Positions 19,545 through 27,961 are shown, numbered from the stretch's first letter. The stretch is 64,000 nucleotides of DNA from an uncultured Candidatus Saccharibacteria bacterium (GCA_964471165.1 CAYYEX010000005.1:42593-106592); one strand, 5' to 3'. Numbers and translations: made by a program. Notes: a model not told the origin generated them from the sequence alone.

Positions 19545-20195
19545 CTATTTGCCTCGTTTGCCAGACTTTTTCCATTCGACGGAATCGAATGTCTTGATTT
19601 CGATTACATCTGCACGGCGAAGATTTTTAATCATGTCTTTTGTCACGATGTCGTGATGCGGTGAATCGTCGAGTGCGTTCACAAGGTCTATCAAATCTTC
19701 GTCTGCGGTGAGCCAGCTATCGAGCGGAAGCCTGGAGAGGTCAAATGGGTCTGAATACGCACGCATAGACTTTTTGCCGTTGCCCAAAAAATATTCGTGG
19801 AAATAGGAGAGTGCGAGCTCGCGCACATTGGCATATACCGGGTCGCGAAAGCGCAGTACCGCATGGTTTGTTTTTGAAATCGCTCCCCAATATTTATCAA
19901 CTTTAAACAGTGCAACCACGTGGTCTTGGTCGTCGCTTGTTGTCCGTAAATCGAGTAACAACGGTTTGTGACCGTGATGCATCAAAGCGGCAGCGGCAAA
20001 CAACGCACCTTCGAAACAATGTGCGGTGCCGGCTGCAATCATGCGACGCGGGCTCATGTATGTTTCGCCGCGTCGCTCGTGATTAAACGGCAGCCCGTTT
20101 AAATAATCCTGAATTTTTGCCGGGGAGTTGAGTCGCGTGAAAAGTCTTGATTCGGCAGGGGAGAGACTACCCTTCAATTGCTCCATTTTGGACAT
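19545..20195 (-). CDS. Hypothetical protein, possible transglutaminase-like Cys-His-Asp fold
   Basis: 216 aa; ordered putative catalytic residues in GTAHCFEGALFAAAAL ... DHVVALFKVD; no other recognisable signature. Confidence 0.45.
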   Translation of the reverse strand: MSKMEQLKGSLSPAESRLFTRLNSPAKIQDYLNGLPFNHERRGETYMSPRRMIAAGTAHCFEGALFAAAALMHHGHKPLLLDLRTTSDDQDHVVALFKVDKYWGAISKTNHAVLRFRDPVYANVRELALSYFHEYFLGNGKKSMRAYSDPFDLSRLPLDSWLTADEDLIDLVNALDDSPHHDIVTKDMIKNLRRADVIEIKTFDSVEWKKSGKRGK

Positions 20196-20221
20196 GGGAC
20201 CAGTCTACCCTACATACGAAA

Positions 20222-20252
20222 ACCCCGGCGCGTGAACACCGGGGTTTCTGAT
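20222..20252 (-). terminator. Intrinsic terminator downstream of the secreted-protein gene
   Basis: Minus-strand RNA AACCCCGGUG...CGCCGGGGUU hairpin followed by UUUUCG. Confidence 0.6.
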
Positions 20253-20269
20253 TGATGCGGCACATGCCG

Positions 20270-20710
20270 TTACAGGGGCTTGTCGAGCAGTATTTTTGGT
20301 AACTCACCCGGAGCAAGGCATGAGTTCGACGGGAGCGCGCGCTCCATCAGCTCAATATGCCGCTCCTTGAAACCCGTGCACTTATTTCGCAGAAGTTCCG
20401 TGGTTAGCCATCCGTACTGTCTGCCCACCCACTGAAGCCGGTCGTGAGGCCGTAGCGACTGCAGGTGCTTTGCGATGTTATCGCGGGTTGCCGGGCCCAC
20501 AAACGTCGAATCCTTTGGCATCAACCCATTATCCGCAAGTGCATTCACTGCAATCGACAGCGTTCCGTCCGTTGCGGAAATTGGCCCACTGTTTGTAAGC
20601 GCATCGTATGCAGCCTGCATCTGCTGGCACGTGGGCGTTGCGATGCTTGCGTGGGCCAGCTCTGCAAACCCACACGCCATCAAGAAGGCGATAGTGGCAA
20701 TTGCGCGCAT
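20270..20710 (-). CDS. Hypothetical secreted protein
   Basis: Likely start at MRAIATIAFLMACGFAELAHA, a Sec-type signal peptide. The tracked ORF extends to 20887. An intrinsic terminator follows at about 20222-20252. Confidence 0.5.
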   Translation of the reverse strand: MRAIATIAFLMACGFAELAHASIATPTCQQMQAAYDALTNSGPISATDGTLSIAVNALADNGLMPKDSTFVGPATRDNIAKHLQSLRPHDRLQWVGRQYGWLTTELLRNKCTGFKERHIELMERALPSNSCLAPGELPKILLDKPL

Positions 20711-20880
20711 GACTTCGACGCTCCCTGGCTGAACTTTTGTGTAACCTGGCGGAACTATATACATGTAAAATCCGTGCCACAACTCCCCCTGCAATTTTTC
20801 AAAAAAAGAGGGAAGGGGGTAAGCAAAAAGGCCGAACGAGTCGGCCCTTAAGATGCTTGGGAGCATGTGCGGTGGATACG

Positions 20881-21459
20881 TTACCACCAGCGGTGTTTGC
20901 CACCGTCATGGCGATTCATGTCGCGCGGAAACCAGTCGTCGCGGACCTGCATACGCGACCTCCACGGATCGTACGGCTCGCCCTCAACCACATCCGGATA
21001 GTCCTTGCCGAGATGCTGATAGACCTCGCGAATCTCGGATTCCGAATTGAGATTGATGCCTTTGAGCAATCCGTCGCGACCGGCGAACCACTCGCGCTGA
21101 TACATGTCGTCCCAATTCGGAACACGGATGTAGCAGGCGGCCATCAGTTTCAGCAGGTTATCGAACAGCTCGGAAACTTTCGGGTCCTCAGCGAGGTGTC
21201 CCTTATCGAGCCAGAAGCGGATGACTCGCAGTCGGTTGTCGCAGATTCGCGTCGCGACTTCCTGCGGAGTTTCCGGCGGCGCAAATGCGCGCTCCGATGT
21301 GCTCGCAAAACGCGTGCCCGAAAAGCGGTTCGGCGATGAGTCTCTCCACAGCGACATGGCGACAGCCCTCAGTTTGCCTCCCAAGAGGCGACTATGTACA
21401 ACTATACACACATATTTTCCCTGCGCGAAATGCCGAGATGTGGCTAAAAACTTGAGCAT
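20881..21459 (-). CDS. Hypothetical protein, Trp/Arg/Asp-rich C-terminus
   Basis: 192-aa ORF co-directional with its neighbours. A competing antisense ORF 20737..21339(+) exists; minus was chosen from the operon context. Confidence 0.4.
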   Translation of the reverse strand: MLKFLATSRHFAQGKYVCIVVHSRLLGGKLRAVAMSLWRDSSPNRFSGTRFASTSERAFAPPETPQEVATRICDNRLRVIRFWLDKGHLAEDPKVSELFDNLLKLMAACYIRVPNWDDMYQREWFAGRDGLLKGINLNSESEIREVYQHLGKDYPDVVEGEPYDPWRSRMQVRDDWFPRDMNRHDGGKHRWW

Positions 21460-21547
21460 CTCGGATACATCTCGGATTGAGCACGGACGCGACTCCCCCG
21501 GAAAAACTAAAAAAACAGGGGACCCAGGTACCGCACTGAACCAGGTT

Positions 21548-21566
21548 CTAGGGCTTTAGGGCTAGG
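21548..21566. repeat. TAGGGCT short tandem repeat within the 490-nt noncoding gap
   Basis: ctagggctttagggctagg. Confidence 0.6.
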
Positions 21567-21948
21567 AAAAGGATTTATGCAGAGCCGGGGGACCAGACAG
21601 CCGAATAACAGACGTATATGTATACGCAGCGTCATGTTGATACAAACCCGCAAAGAGCAGAGGAGTGCAGAGTCTCGAGCCAGGCCAGATGTTGCAATAT
21701 GTGCCTACGCCTGTGCCTAAGCGTCGCAAAAGATATATTGTGCGACGTATACTATATTTCACCACAGCCTCTCGCCTTCATCTTCATCTCGGTGTGTCGG
21801 AAAATCTTTTGCTCGCTTCCCGATTAATACTGCGGCCGGATTTTTCCGGCTCGCTGTCTGCATATATTTCTGCATGTCTATAAAAGCCCACATCTCCAAA
21901 TAGGGGGGGTCCCTCCCCTCTTTGTCGAAAATATGGGGAAGGACTAAT

Positions 21949-22698
21949 TTAGAGAAAAAAGACAAAACCAATGACAAGCAGACCGGTAGCGAGTACAAAA
22001 ATGCCATTAATTAAATAAAAAAAGCCCTCACCGCCAAACATATTCTTTCTGTTTATTTTTGACTCATCACTGAACTTGGAATTGCGAAACTCCTCGTAAG
22101 ATTTGATGTCATTAATGGTCGTGCCCACGGCGTCGAAAAATTCGCTTCTTGTTTGTCTAAGAAACTTCAGGGCATCGGAAAGTGTTGTATTTTCAGCGAC
22201 AAGTAGAGCTGCTAACCATAAACAACCATAGAGTAAAAACATCGCGTAGCCGTACCCTCCTAATCGGGCCAGAATCAAAAATTGAGGATCAATAGCCTTG
22301 TCACTAGTTGCAAAGAAAATGAACAGACCAGCAATTACCGCCGCCGCGATTGTCATCTGTGTTCCAAGCATGGCGCGTCTATGCTCGATATTCATCGAGT
22401 ACAGCCCTATTAGACTATTTTCGTTTTCAGTTAACGATCTCGCGCGGTCTTCGATAAGTCGATTGAATTCGGGTCGATCCTCTAACCATTTTGAATACCA
22501 TCCCCAGAAGGCTCCGTTTTCTACGACATCGCCTTTTTCGTTCTTTATTAAGCCGGCCAATTTGTCATAGAAAGCCAGAACAACATCGTCGGAAGCATCT
22601 TTACCCGCCTGTATGCGTGCTCGATCAAACTTATTTGAGTTGTTGTTGACAGTAAAAGTGCGCCCTCCAACATTTAGATGAAATTCGTTCGAGCTCAT
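21949..22698 (-). CDS. Hypothetical membrane protein (N-terminal soluble domain + 3 TM helices)
   Basis: 249 aa; hydrophobic segments IAAAVIAGLFIFF, YAMFLLYGCLWLAALLV and FFYLINGIFVLATGLLVIGFVFFL. Confidence 0.55.
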   Translation of the reverse strand: MSSNEFHLNVGGRTFTVNNNSNKFDRARIQAGKDASDDVVLAFYDKLAGLIKNEKGDVVENGAFWGWYSKWLEDRPEFNRLIEDRARSLTENENSLIGLYSMNIEHRRAMLGTQMTIAAAVIAGLFIFFATSDKAIDPQFLILARLGGYGYAMFLLYGCLWLAALLVAENTTLSDALKFLRQTRSEFFDAVGTTINDIKSYEEFRNSKFSDESKINRKNMFGGEGFFYLINGIFVLATGLLVIGFVFFL

Positions 22699-22716
22699 TA
22701 TGCAAAATCAACTATC

Positions 22717-22896
22717 TTAATACTTCCCTCCTGCGGCTTCGAACTGGGCGGCGGCTTCAACTTCGGCGTCTACCACCTGTTCGGCGGTCAGCTGCTCTGT
22801 GCCAGAGCGCTGGGAGTTGGATTTCACTACAAATACGGCCAGAATCAGAATCACGATGGCAGCGGCTGTGAGGATGTATTGGGTTGTCTTTGTCAT
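22717..22896 (-). CDS. Small single-pass membrane protein (59 aa), paralog of the adjacent upstream small ORF
   Basis: Hand-translated: MTKTTQYILTAAAIVILILAVFVVKSNSQRSGTEQLTAEQVVDAEVEAAAQFEAAGGKY. Its ATG overlaps the TGA of the upstream ORF (ATGA). Below the 60-aa cutoff of the ORF track. Confidence 0.55.
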   Translation of the reverse strand: MTKTTQYILTAAAIVILILAVFVVKSNSQRSGTEQLTAEQVVDAEVEAAAQFEAAGGKY

Positions 22897-23060
22897 GCGG
22901 TAAGCATGAACCCCTCTTCATTTGATGTCAATGAGGCGCTGATTTCAGCATCAACGGCCAGTACGCCTGGGCGATGTCGGTAGGCATCAACCATCATGGC
23001 GGTCAGAAATAGCAGCATAATCAGTCCTCCAGCGATTACGACTCGCATATCCGAGTTCAT
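22893..23060 (-). CDS. Small single-pass membrane protein (55 aa), paralog of 22717..22896
   Basis: MNSDMRVVIAGGLIMLLFLTAMMVDAYRHRPGVLAVDAEISASLTSNEEGFMLTA; GAGGGG RBS 9-12 nt upstream of the ATG at 23060. The tracked ORF begins at a GTG at 23087. Confidence 0.55.
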   Translation of the reverse strand: MNSDMRVVIAGGLIMLLFLTAMMVDAYRHRPGVLAVDAEISASLTSNEEGFMLTA

Positions 23061-23097
23061 ACTGAATAAGCATGAACCTCCCCTCACACGATGTCAA
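22897..23097 (-). repeat. Duplicated ~37-nt element (TTGACATC...GAGGGG(A)GGTTCATGCTTA) preceding each of the two tandem small ORFs
   Basis: Plus 23061-23097 (intergenic) and plus 22897-22933 (inside the 3' end of the upstream small ORF) differ at only a few positions. On the minus strand each reads TTGACATC(G/A)...TGAGGGG(A)GGTTCATGCTTA before the ATG. Confidence 0.75.
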
Positions 23098-23460
23098 TCA
23101 GTCACAGTTTGCAAGCTGGAGGATGTCGCAGGAAAAGATTTCCGCAACGAAGCCTGCGGCAATAAAGAGCGCAAGCGCACCTATCATAATTCCGATTACA
23201 AGGTTGAGTGATTTGTAGTCTCGCTTACCGTTTGCATCCCTTTTGAGTACCGGGTGAATAGTAATAAAAGAGCCCACAATCATGAGTCCAATCAAAATGG
23301 CCAGTAGAACATGTTCAAAGATGCTCGTGTTCCCTGTCGGGCGCAGCCACGCTATAAACGACTCCCCTTGCGCACCAACCAGCCAATTCACTAAGAAAAA
23401 TGGCAGCACGAGCAAAAACCCTATCAGTGCTGCTCTGTTACATTCAGAAAGGCCGGACAT
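23098..23460 (-). CDS. Hypothetical integral membrane protein (about 4 TM)
   Basis: 120 aa, strongly hydrophobic; immediately upstream of the tandem small ORFs and downstream of the NUDIX gene. Confidence 0.55.
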   Translation of the reverse strand: MSGLSECNRAALIGFLLVLPFFLVNWLVGAQGESFIAWLRPTGNTSIFEHVLLAILIGLMIVGSFITIHPVLKRDANGKRDYKSLNLVIGIMIGALALFIAAGFVAEIFSCDILQLANCD

Positions 23461-23469
23461 GGCTCTATG

Positions 23470-24015
23470 CTACCACTTACCCGTTTCGTTGCGAGCGCCG
23501 TCGCGGTAGGCCTCAATTCTGCGGCGGTTACCGGGTGAGAGCTCATCTGGCAGCGTGTCGATGTCAAACCACGAGCGCGCCATGATTTCCAAGTTGGGTC
23601 GCATCGCGAGAGAGCCGGTAAAATCTCCTGTGTAAAAGAAAGTAACGCGGTCGGTCTTCCCCATCGTTCCGGTATACGTGCCAATCTCGCCGGCAATGCT
23701 ATGTACCATAAGCCCCGTTTCCTCGCGCACTTCGCGAATCGCTGCTTGCTCAGCGGTCTCACCTTTGTCCACACCGCCGCCAGGCAAGGTCCACGCCCAC
23801 GGCGCGTACCAATGGCTGACTAATAGAACCCGCCGCTCATCCAAAACAAGTATGCGAACTCCGTGCGATTCTTTATCGCCACGCATCTGCCCAACCGCGT
23901 AGCGACCCACGTGTGCGGTATTGATAATCAAAAGAGACAGGTACATCCCGAAGCGACGAAGTATTTTCATGGGTATTTTTTTAGCGAAGCATGAGCTCCA
24001 TTTGCAGCTCATCAA
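23470..24015 (-). CDS. NUDIX hydrolase
   Basis: Nudix box [24 protein letters not shown]; the start is probably an internal Met (MKILRRF... or MYLSLL...). Confidence 0.8.
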   Translation of the reverse strand: MMSCKWSSCFAKKIPMKILRRFGMYLSLLIINTAHVGRYAVGQMRGDKESHGVRILVLDERRVLLVSHWYAPWAWTLPGGGVDKGETAEQAAIREVREETGLMVHSIAGEIGTYTGTMGKTDRVTFFYTGDFTGSLAMRPNLEIMARSWFDIDTLPDELSPGNRRRIEAYRDGARNETGKW

Positions 24016-24490
24016 TATAGACGCCGTCTACAAATATCTCTTTCTTAAATAGTCCTACCTGATCGAATCCCATTTTTTCATACAGAGCGCGCGCTTCTGA
24101 TTGGGAAGCCGCAACGTTCAAACCAATCTTTATCACCTCCGGCCTTGTTTTTGCTTCGGCAATCACTCGTTCGAGCAATCCCCTACCCACTCCAAGTCCA
24201 CGGCACTCAGGAGCAACATACACGCTATACAAATGCATAGTGTGAGCGGATTTAGGGTTATCACCTTGCACAAAACTGAGCATACCCACAAACACCCCGT
24301 CTTTTTCAGCGGTGATGTATTGTCTTTTTTCCAATCGGGAGCGCCAGGTTTCTTCTGTGCTTTCTTCCTCTTCTTCGAGCGTCCTTCCAAATGCAATCGG
24401 ATGCTCTTTCACCGAACGCACCCGCAAATCTTTTAAGGCTTTCCACTCATCAGCGCCGGGACTTCGATATGTGATATCGCCGGCACTCAT
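23981..24490 (-). CDS. GNAT family N-acetyltransferase
   Basis: Acetyl-CoA binding motif [20 protein letters not shown]; 169 aa. Confidence 0.8.
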   Translation of the reverse strand: MSAGDITYRSPGADEWKALKDLRVRSVKEHPIAFGRTLEEEEESTEETWRSRLEKRQYITAEKDGVFVGMLSFVQGDNPKSAHTMHLYSVYVAPECRGLGVGRGLLERVIAEAKTRPEVIKIGLNVAASQSEARALYEKMGFDQVGLFKKEIFVDGVYIDELQMELMLR

Positions 24491-24493
24491 GAG

Positions 24494-25084
24494 CTATTTA
24501 AACGGTATCTCAAACTCCATGAATTCTGGAAGAAGTTTTCGGCCGTAGAGTAATCGCGACACCACTTCCGCGTGGCAGAGTGCCCCCGTAAGCGCGTTGT
24601 GAGGATTTGGCTCTTCCGGAATGCCGCAATAAATCAAAACCGCATCGAGGTTGAGTGCGCTTCGGCGGTGCTGCACCGGAGGTTGTTTGCCGTGGGTCAC
24701 CATGTGCATATATGCGAGTGTGTGTGTATCGATAGTGCGGAATGCAAACGGCCAATCAGTGTGGCCAGCACGCTCCGCCGCCTCGCGCAAAAAGTCGCGG
24801 TCGAACGAAACGTTCTGTCCGGCAAATGTGCGCTCCTCCACTTTTTCGCTCCACTCTAAAAATGCATGTGTTAAATCGGCTTCGCTTGGTTTCGCTGGGT
24901 CCTTGATTTGCTCTTCGGTAAATCCGTTCACGCGCATGGCGTCCGGCATAATGTGTGCGCCCTCCCAAATACGACACTCCATGTAAAATCGGTTTTCCGG
25001 GTGCGCCAAGTCGAGTGCTCCCACACTCACGATTGAGTGTTTTTTTGCCTCTGTTCCAGAAGCCTCCACGTCTACAATTATCAT
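24494..25084 (-). CDS. DEDD-type 3'-5' exonuclease (DnaQ-like domain protein)
   Basis: Exo I motif MIIVDVEASGT; 196 aa. The promoter motif TATCTCACGGGGTATACT ends 6 nt upstream of the ATG. Confidence 0.7.
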   Translation of the reverse strand: MIIVDVEASGTEAKKHSIVSVGALDLAHPENRFYMECRIWEGAHIMPDAMRVNGFTEEQIKDPAKPSEADLTHAFLEWSEKVEERTFAGQNVSFDRDFLREAAERAGHTDWPFAFRTIDTHTLAYMHMVTHGKQPPVQHRRSALNLDAVLIYCGIPEEPNPHNALTGALCHAEVVSRLLYGRKLLPEFMEFEIPFK

Positions 25085-25092
25085 CGGGCTAG

Positions 25093-25160
25093 TATACCCC
25101 GTGAGATAGCCAATATCTAAGCCGTTAAAACCATTCGTGCGTTTATCTCATGGGGTATAG
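25093..25160. promoter_or_regulatory. Inverted pair of the promoter motif TATCTCAYGGGGTATA flanking a 35-nt spacer; the minus copy ends 6 nt upstream of the exonuclease ATG
   Basis: 25093-25109 is gtataccccgtgagata, the reverse complement of TATCTCACGGGGTATAC. 25145-25160 is tatctcatggggtata. The -10-like TATACT is followed by 6 nt and then ATG, so a leaderless transcript is likely. Confidence 0.6.
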
Positions 25161-25206
25161 CCCACAATTGGCTCAACGTTGTCTATTGTGGGGCTCTATT
25201 CCGAGG

Positions 25207-25596
25207 TCATTCGCTGCTCATCCCTTTGCAGTTCTTTGCAGGCCGGTAACCTGCCTTTTGCGCGGCCACCTCGCTCGCAAACCAGACCCTCTGCGAGAGG
25301 GCAATTTTCTGCGCCCCGGAGCACCATGGAAAGTAGTATAAATCTCCTGTTTTAGAGCCAATATACGCTCCTTGGATGAGGGTTTCCCCCTCCTGCAGGG
25401 AAATACCCGCCAGGGCCCCATTTTGGACCGAAATTGGCCCTTTTGGCTCCATGAGAGCGGAGAGCCGTCCAAGCCCAAAAGCCGCGGTAATGGCCAAAAT
25501 AACGAGGATAAACAGGCCCCATTCCCCCACGATGGCATTCCCCACCCTGCGACCCTGGGCCTTGATTTTTAGCCACCGTTCTTGTATATTGCCCAT
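25207..25596 (-). CDS. Small membrane-anchored protein with C-terminal Ada-like (Ada_Zn_binding-like) domain, Cys ligands degenerate
   Basis: N-terminal TM helix; C-terminal YYFPWCSGAQKI...RVWFASEVAAQKAGYRPAKNC resembles the Ada N-terminal metal-binding fold (F..S...A...AGYRPCKRC) but keeps only 2 Cys. Confidence 0.55.
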   Translation of the reverse strand: MGNIQERWLKIKAQGRRVGNAIVGEWGLFILVILAITAAFGLGRLSALMEPKGPISVQNGALAGISLQEGETLIQGAYIGSKTGDLYYFPWCSGAQKIALSQRVWFASEVAAQKAGYRPAKNCKGMSSE

Positions 25597-25625
25597 ACGT
25601 TATTGGTCTGGTTTGTTGCATAACA

Positions 25626-25661
25626 CTATAACCTGTTCCCTATAACCTATTCCCTAATCTT
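25626..25661. repeat. TAGG-based heptad/14-mer repeats in the divergent rpmA / Ada-like promoter region
   Basis: Minus-strand reading TAGGGAATAGGTTA TAGGGAACAGGTTA TAGTGTT; ends at the rpmA ATG. Confidence 0.75.
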
Positions 25662-25940
25662 ATGGCACATACAAAAGCTGGCGGTTCAGCAAAAAACCTA
25701 CGAGATTCAAATCCGAAGTACCTCGGCGTTAAACGCGGCGATGGACAGAAAGTTGGTATCGGCGAAGTCATCGTGCGACAACGCGGTACTGCGATTATGG
25801 CCGGCAAGAACATCGGCGTTGGTCGCGACCACACATTGTTTGCACTCGCTGCAGGCAAAGTACAGTTTGCTTCAAAACGAAAAACGAACTTTGACGGACG
25901 CAAGGTCACCCGGCGCATCCTCAATATCGTTACTGCCTAA
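25662..25940 (+). CDS. rpmA: 50S ribosomal protein L27
   Basis: [31 protein letters not shown]...GRDHTLFA matches the L27 consensus. Confidence 0.9.
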   Translation: MAHTKAGGSAKNLRDSNPKYLGVKRGDGQKVGIGEVIVRQRGTAIMAGKNIGVGRDHTLFALAAGKVQFASKRKTNFDGRKVTRRILNIVTA

Positions 25941-25955
25941 ACTCGTATCAAAATG

Positions 25956-25987
25956 CAAAAAGTCCGCCTCACAAGGCGGACTTTTTG
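25956..25987. terminator. Bidirectional intrinsic terminator between convergent rpmA and rplI
   Basis: AAAAAGTCCGCC-TCACAA-GGCGGACTTTTTG: 10-bp GC-rich stem flanked by A-run and T-run. Confidence 0.85.
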
Positions 25988-26006
25988 TTTAGAATGTTTG
26001 GTGTGT

Positions 26007-26450
26007 TTAGACTGCTTTCACGACGAGCGTCAGTTTCGCTATTGTTTTTCCGAGCTTGAGCAAAATCGATGATTCGCCCGTTGATTTAACAGGAGCAGGA
26101 AATGAAATCATATTTTCAGCGACATCAATGCCGAATGCTTTTTTGATTTCCTTTGCCACCGTGTCTGCGCCAAGCTGCTTGTACAGATGTCCCTTCTCGT
26201 TTGCCTTTGCAGACACTTCTACGGTTGCACTGTTTACTCGCGATGCAAGGTCGGCGAAAACCTTCTCTCGGGCAGCGTTCGCTGCCATCTCGACCTCGGT
26301 TTGTTTTGCGTGTGCGTGCACCTTCTCTGGAGTTGCTTGTTCGGCAAGACCGTTGGGAATCAAGAAATTTAGTGCGTATCCATCGGAAACCTCCTTAATG
26401 GTCCCGCGCTGTCCCACCCCACCAACATCTTTCTTGAATATCACCTTCAT
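26007..26450 (-). CDS. rplI: 50S ribosomal protein L9
   Basis: [36 protein letters not shown] matches the L9 N-domain; start at MKV. The promoter motif TATCTCATAGGGTAAACT ends 6 nt upstream. Confidence 0.9.
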   Translation of the reverse strand: MKVIFKKDVGGVGQRGTIKEVSDGYALNFLIPNGLAEQATPEKVHAHAKQTEVEMAANAAREKVFADLASRVNSATVEVSAKANEKGHLYKQLGADTVAKEIKKAFGIDVAENMISFPAPVKSTGESSILLKLGKTIAKLTLVVKAV

Positions 26451-26456
26451 GCACAC

Positions 26457-26525
26457 AGTTTACCCTATGAGATATATCGCCGATAGGTTGCCAAAATCGG
26501 ATGAATGTTATCTCACGGGGTGTAT
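26457..26525. promoter_or_regulatory. Inverted pair of the same promoter motif between ctpA and rplI; the minus copy ends 6 nt upstream of the rplI ATG
   Basis: 26457-26474 is the reverse complement of TATCTCATAGGGTAAACT. 26509-26525 is TATCTCACGGGGTGTAT. Confidence 0.6.
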
Positions 26526-26555
26526 CCGTGCACAGAAAGAGTTCAAGTAGACACA

Positions 26556-27836
26556 CTATTTTTTCTTTTGCGTGGTCGTTGTAGCCGCTGCTTTTGTTGG
26601 CGCCTTTACACCCAACAACTCAAGCGCCTTATCCAATTGCGGGTCGCGCCCCTCTTTGATGTCTTCGTCGGTAATCTCTACCTGGAAGTCAGGAACAATG
26701 CCGGTGAGTGGAATATGCACACCGTCCGGCTCGAGCCAGCGTGCAACAGTAATTTTAAGCGAGGTACCCGGCGTAATGTCGATAAGCTCCTGAACTGAAC
26801 CTTTGCCGAATGAATTCGTTCCAACAAGCGTTGCCTGAACATTTTGCCGCATGGCACCAGCAAAAATTTCGGAGGCTGAAGCAGAACCTTTATCCTGCAG
26901 AATGATTATCTTCAGGCGGTCATCGAAAATGTTGTATCCCATTGAACGATGCACAATATTTTCCGCGTGACCTGCGTAGTCTTCAGTCACAATCACTTTG
27001 CCTGCCGGCATAAACCAGCTCGCCATTTGTACTGCCGCTTCCAAGTAGCCGCCCGGATTGCCGCGCAGGTCGATAATAAGCTTGTTTGAGCCAGACTTTT
27101 TAAACTCGCGCAGCGCATCGCGGAACAAGTCCGGCGAGTTCGACGTAAACGTAGCAACCGAGATTACAAATACTCCGTCTGGTCGCAGTGTCGAGTTTAC
27201 AATTGGCACGTTTATGACTTCGCGCGTAACTTTTATTTCCCGGGACTCTCCCCATCCTTCGCGGACAATCAGTAGCGTTACCTGGCTGCCCTTGGGCCCG
27301 CGAATTCGCTTAATCGCGGCGTCCACTTCCATACCTTCGGTTGATTCACCATCGATTTTCAAAATCAGGTCCCCGCTCTTGATGCCCGCGCGCTCAGCAG
27401 GAGTTCCCTTGAGGGGGGTAACAACGGTGAGCACCTGGTCTTTGATTGCAACCTCCATACCCACCCCTTCAAAGAGTCCGCTCATGTCTGCAGCGAATTG
27501 CGTGGCTTCTTGTGGCGGCATGAAGTAGGTGTATGGGTCACCAAGAGACGCTGCAAGCCCGGCAATCATTCCGTAGACACGCTCATCGTTCCTACCTTGT
27601 GTAGTTGTGGCGACCTTGGTTGTGGTGGCAACAGAGGCGGGTACAAACTTTTGGTCAATTATTTCCCACGCGTCCCAAACTGGGGTGAAGTCCACATTCT
27701 CCGGTTGGTTCGCACTGACGAGCGATTGATTATTCTGCGTAGCCGAGATTTCATAGCCACCAATAAAACCGATTATCAAAACCAGAAGACCGAGTCCAAT
27801 TGCGGAGCTCAAAGGAACTACTCGGCCATTTTGCAT
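26556..27836 (-). CDS. Carboxyl-terminal processing protease (S41 family, PDZ domain)
   Basis: N-terminal TM anchor; PDZ segment; S41 catalytic-region motifs GNPGGYL and TNSFGKGSVQE. Confidence 0.85.
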   Translation of the reverse strand: MQNGRVVPLSSAIGLGLLVLIIGFIGGYEISATQNNQSLVSANQPENVDFTPVWDAWEIIDQKFVPASVATTTKVATTTQGRNDERVYGMIAGLAASLGDPYTYFMPPQEATQFAADMSGLFEGVGMEVAIKDQVLTVVTPLKGTPAERAGIKSGDLILKIDGESTEGMEVDAAIKRIRGPKGSQVTLLIVREGWGESREIKVTREVINVPIVNSTLRPDGVFVISVATFTSNSPDLFRDALREFKKSGSNKLIIDLRGNPGGYLEAAVQMASWFMPAGKVIVTEDYAGHAENIVHRSMGYNIFDDRLKIIILQDKGSASASEIFAGAMRQNVQATLVGTNSFGKGSVQELIDITPGTSLKITVARWLEPDGVHIPLTGIVPDFQVEITDEDIKEGRDPQLDKALELLGVKAPTKAAATTTTQKKK

Positions 27837-27892
27837 CCCGGCATTATCGCATGCGACTCAAGTGCAACAAAGTGAATAGCACCTGGATGCGA

Positions 27893-27961
27893 TATGCACG
27901 GGAGATATTCACTCTGAAATGTTGATGAACAAAATTGCAACCGTATCTCACAGGGTATAAT
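27893..27961. promoter_or_regulatory. Inverted pair (one degenerate) of the same promoter motif in the divergent ctpA / corA-like region
   Basis: 27944-27961 is TATCTCACAGGGTATAAT, with a perfect TATAAT 8 nt before the corA-like ATG. 27897-27907 is the reverse complement of TATCTCCCGTG. Confidence 0.6.

Noticed and set aside
20737-21339. 200-aa plus-strand ORF competing with minus-strand ORF 20881..21459
   Set aside because: The minus-strand ORF continues the co-directional gene string and its stop overlaps the next gene start. The plus ORF has no partner genes on its strand. The minus call itself remains low confidence.
25150-25341. 63-aa plus-strand ORF whose ATG is embedded in the promoter-motif copy at 25145-25160
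   Set aside because: The start codon is part of the conserved TATCTCATGGGGTATA motif. The ORF runs antisense to the 3' end of the Ada-like gene and has no RBS, so it is more likely a promoter or terminator element than a CDS.
26505-26798. 97-aa plus-strand ORF starting inside the motif copy at 26509
   Set aside because: Antisense to ctpA. Same reasoning as above.
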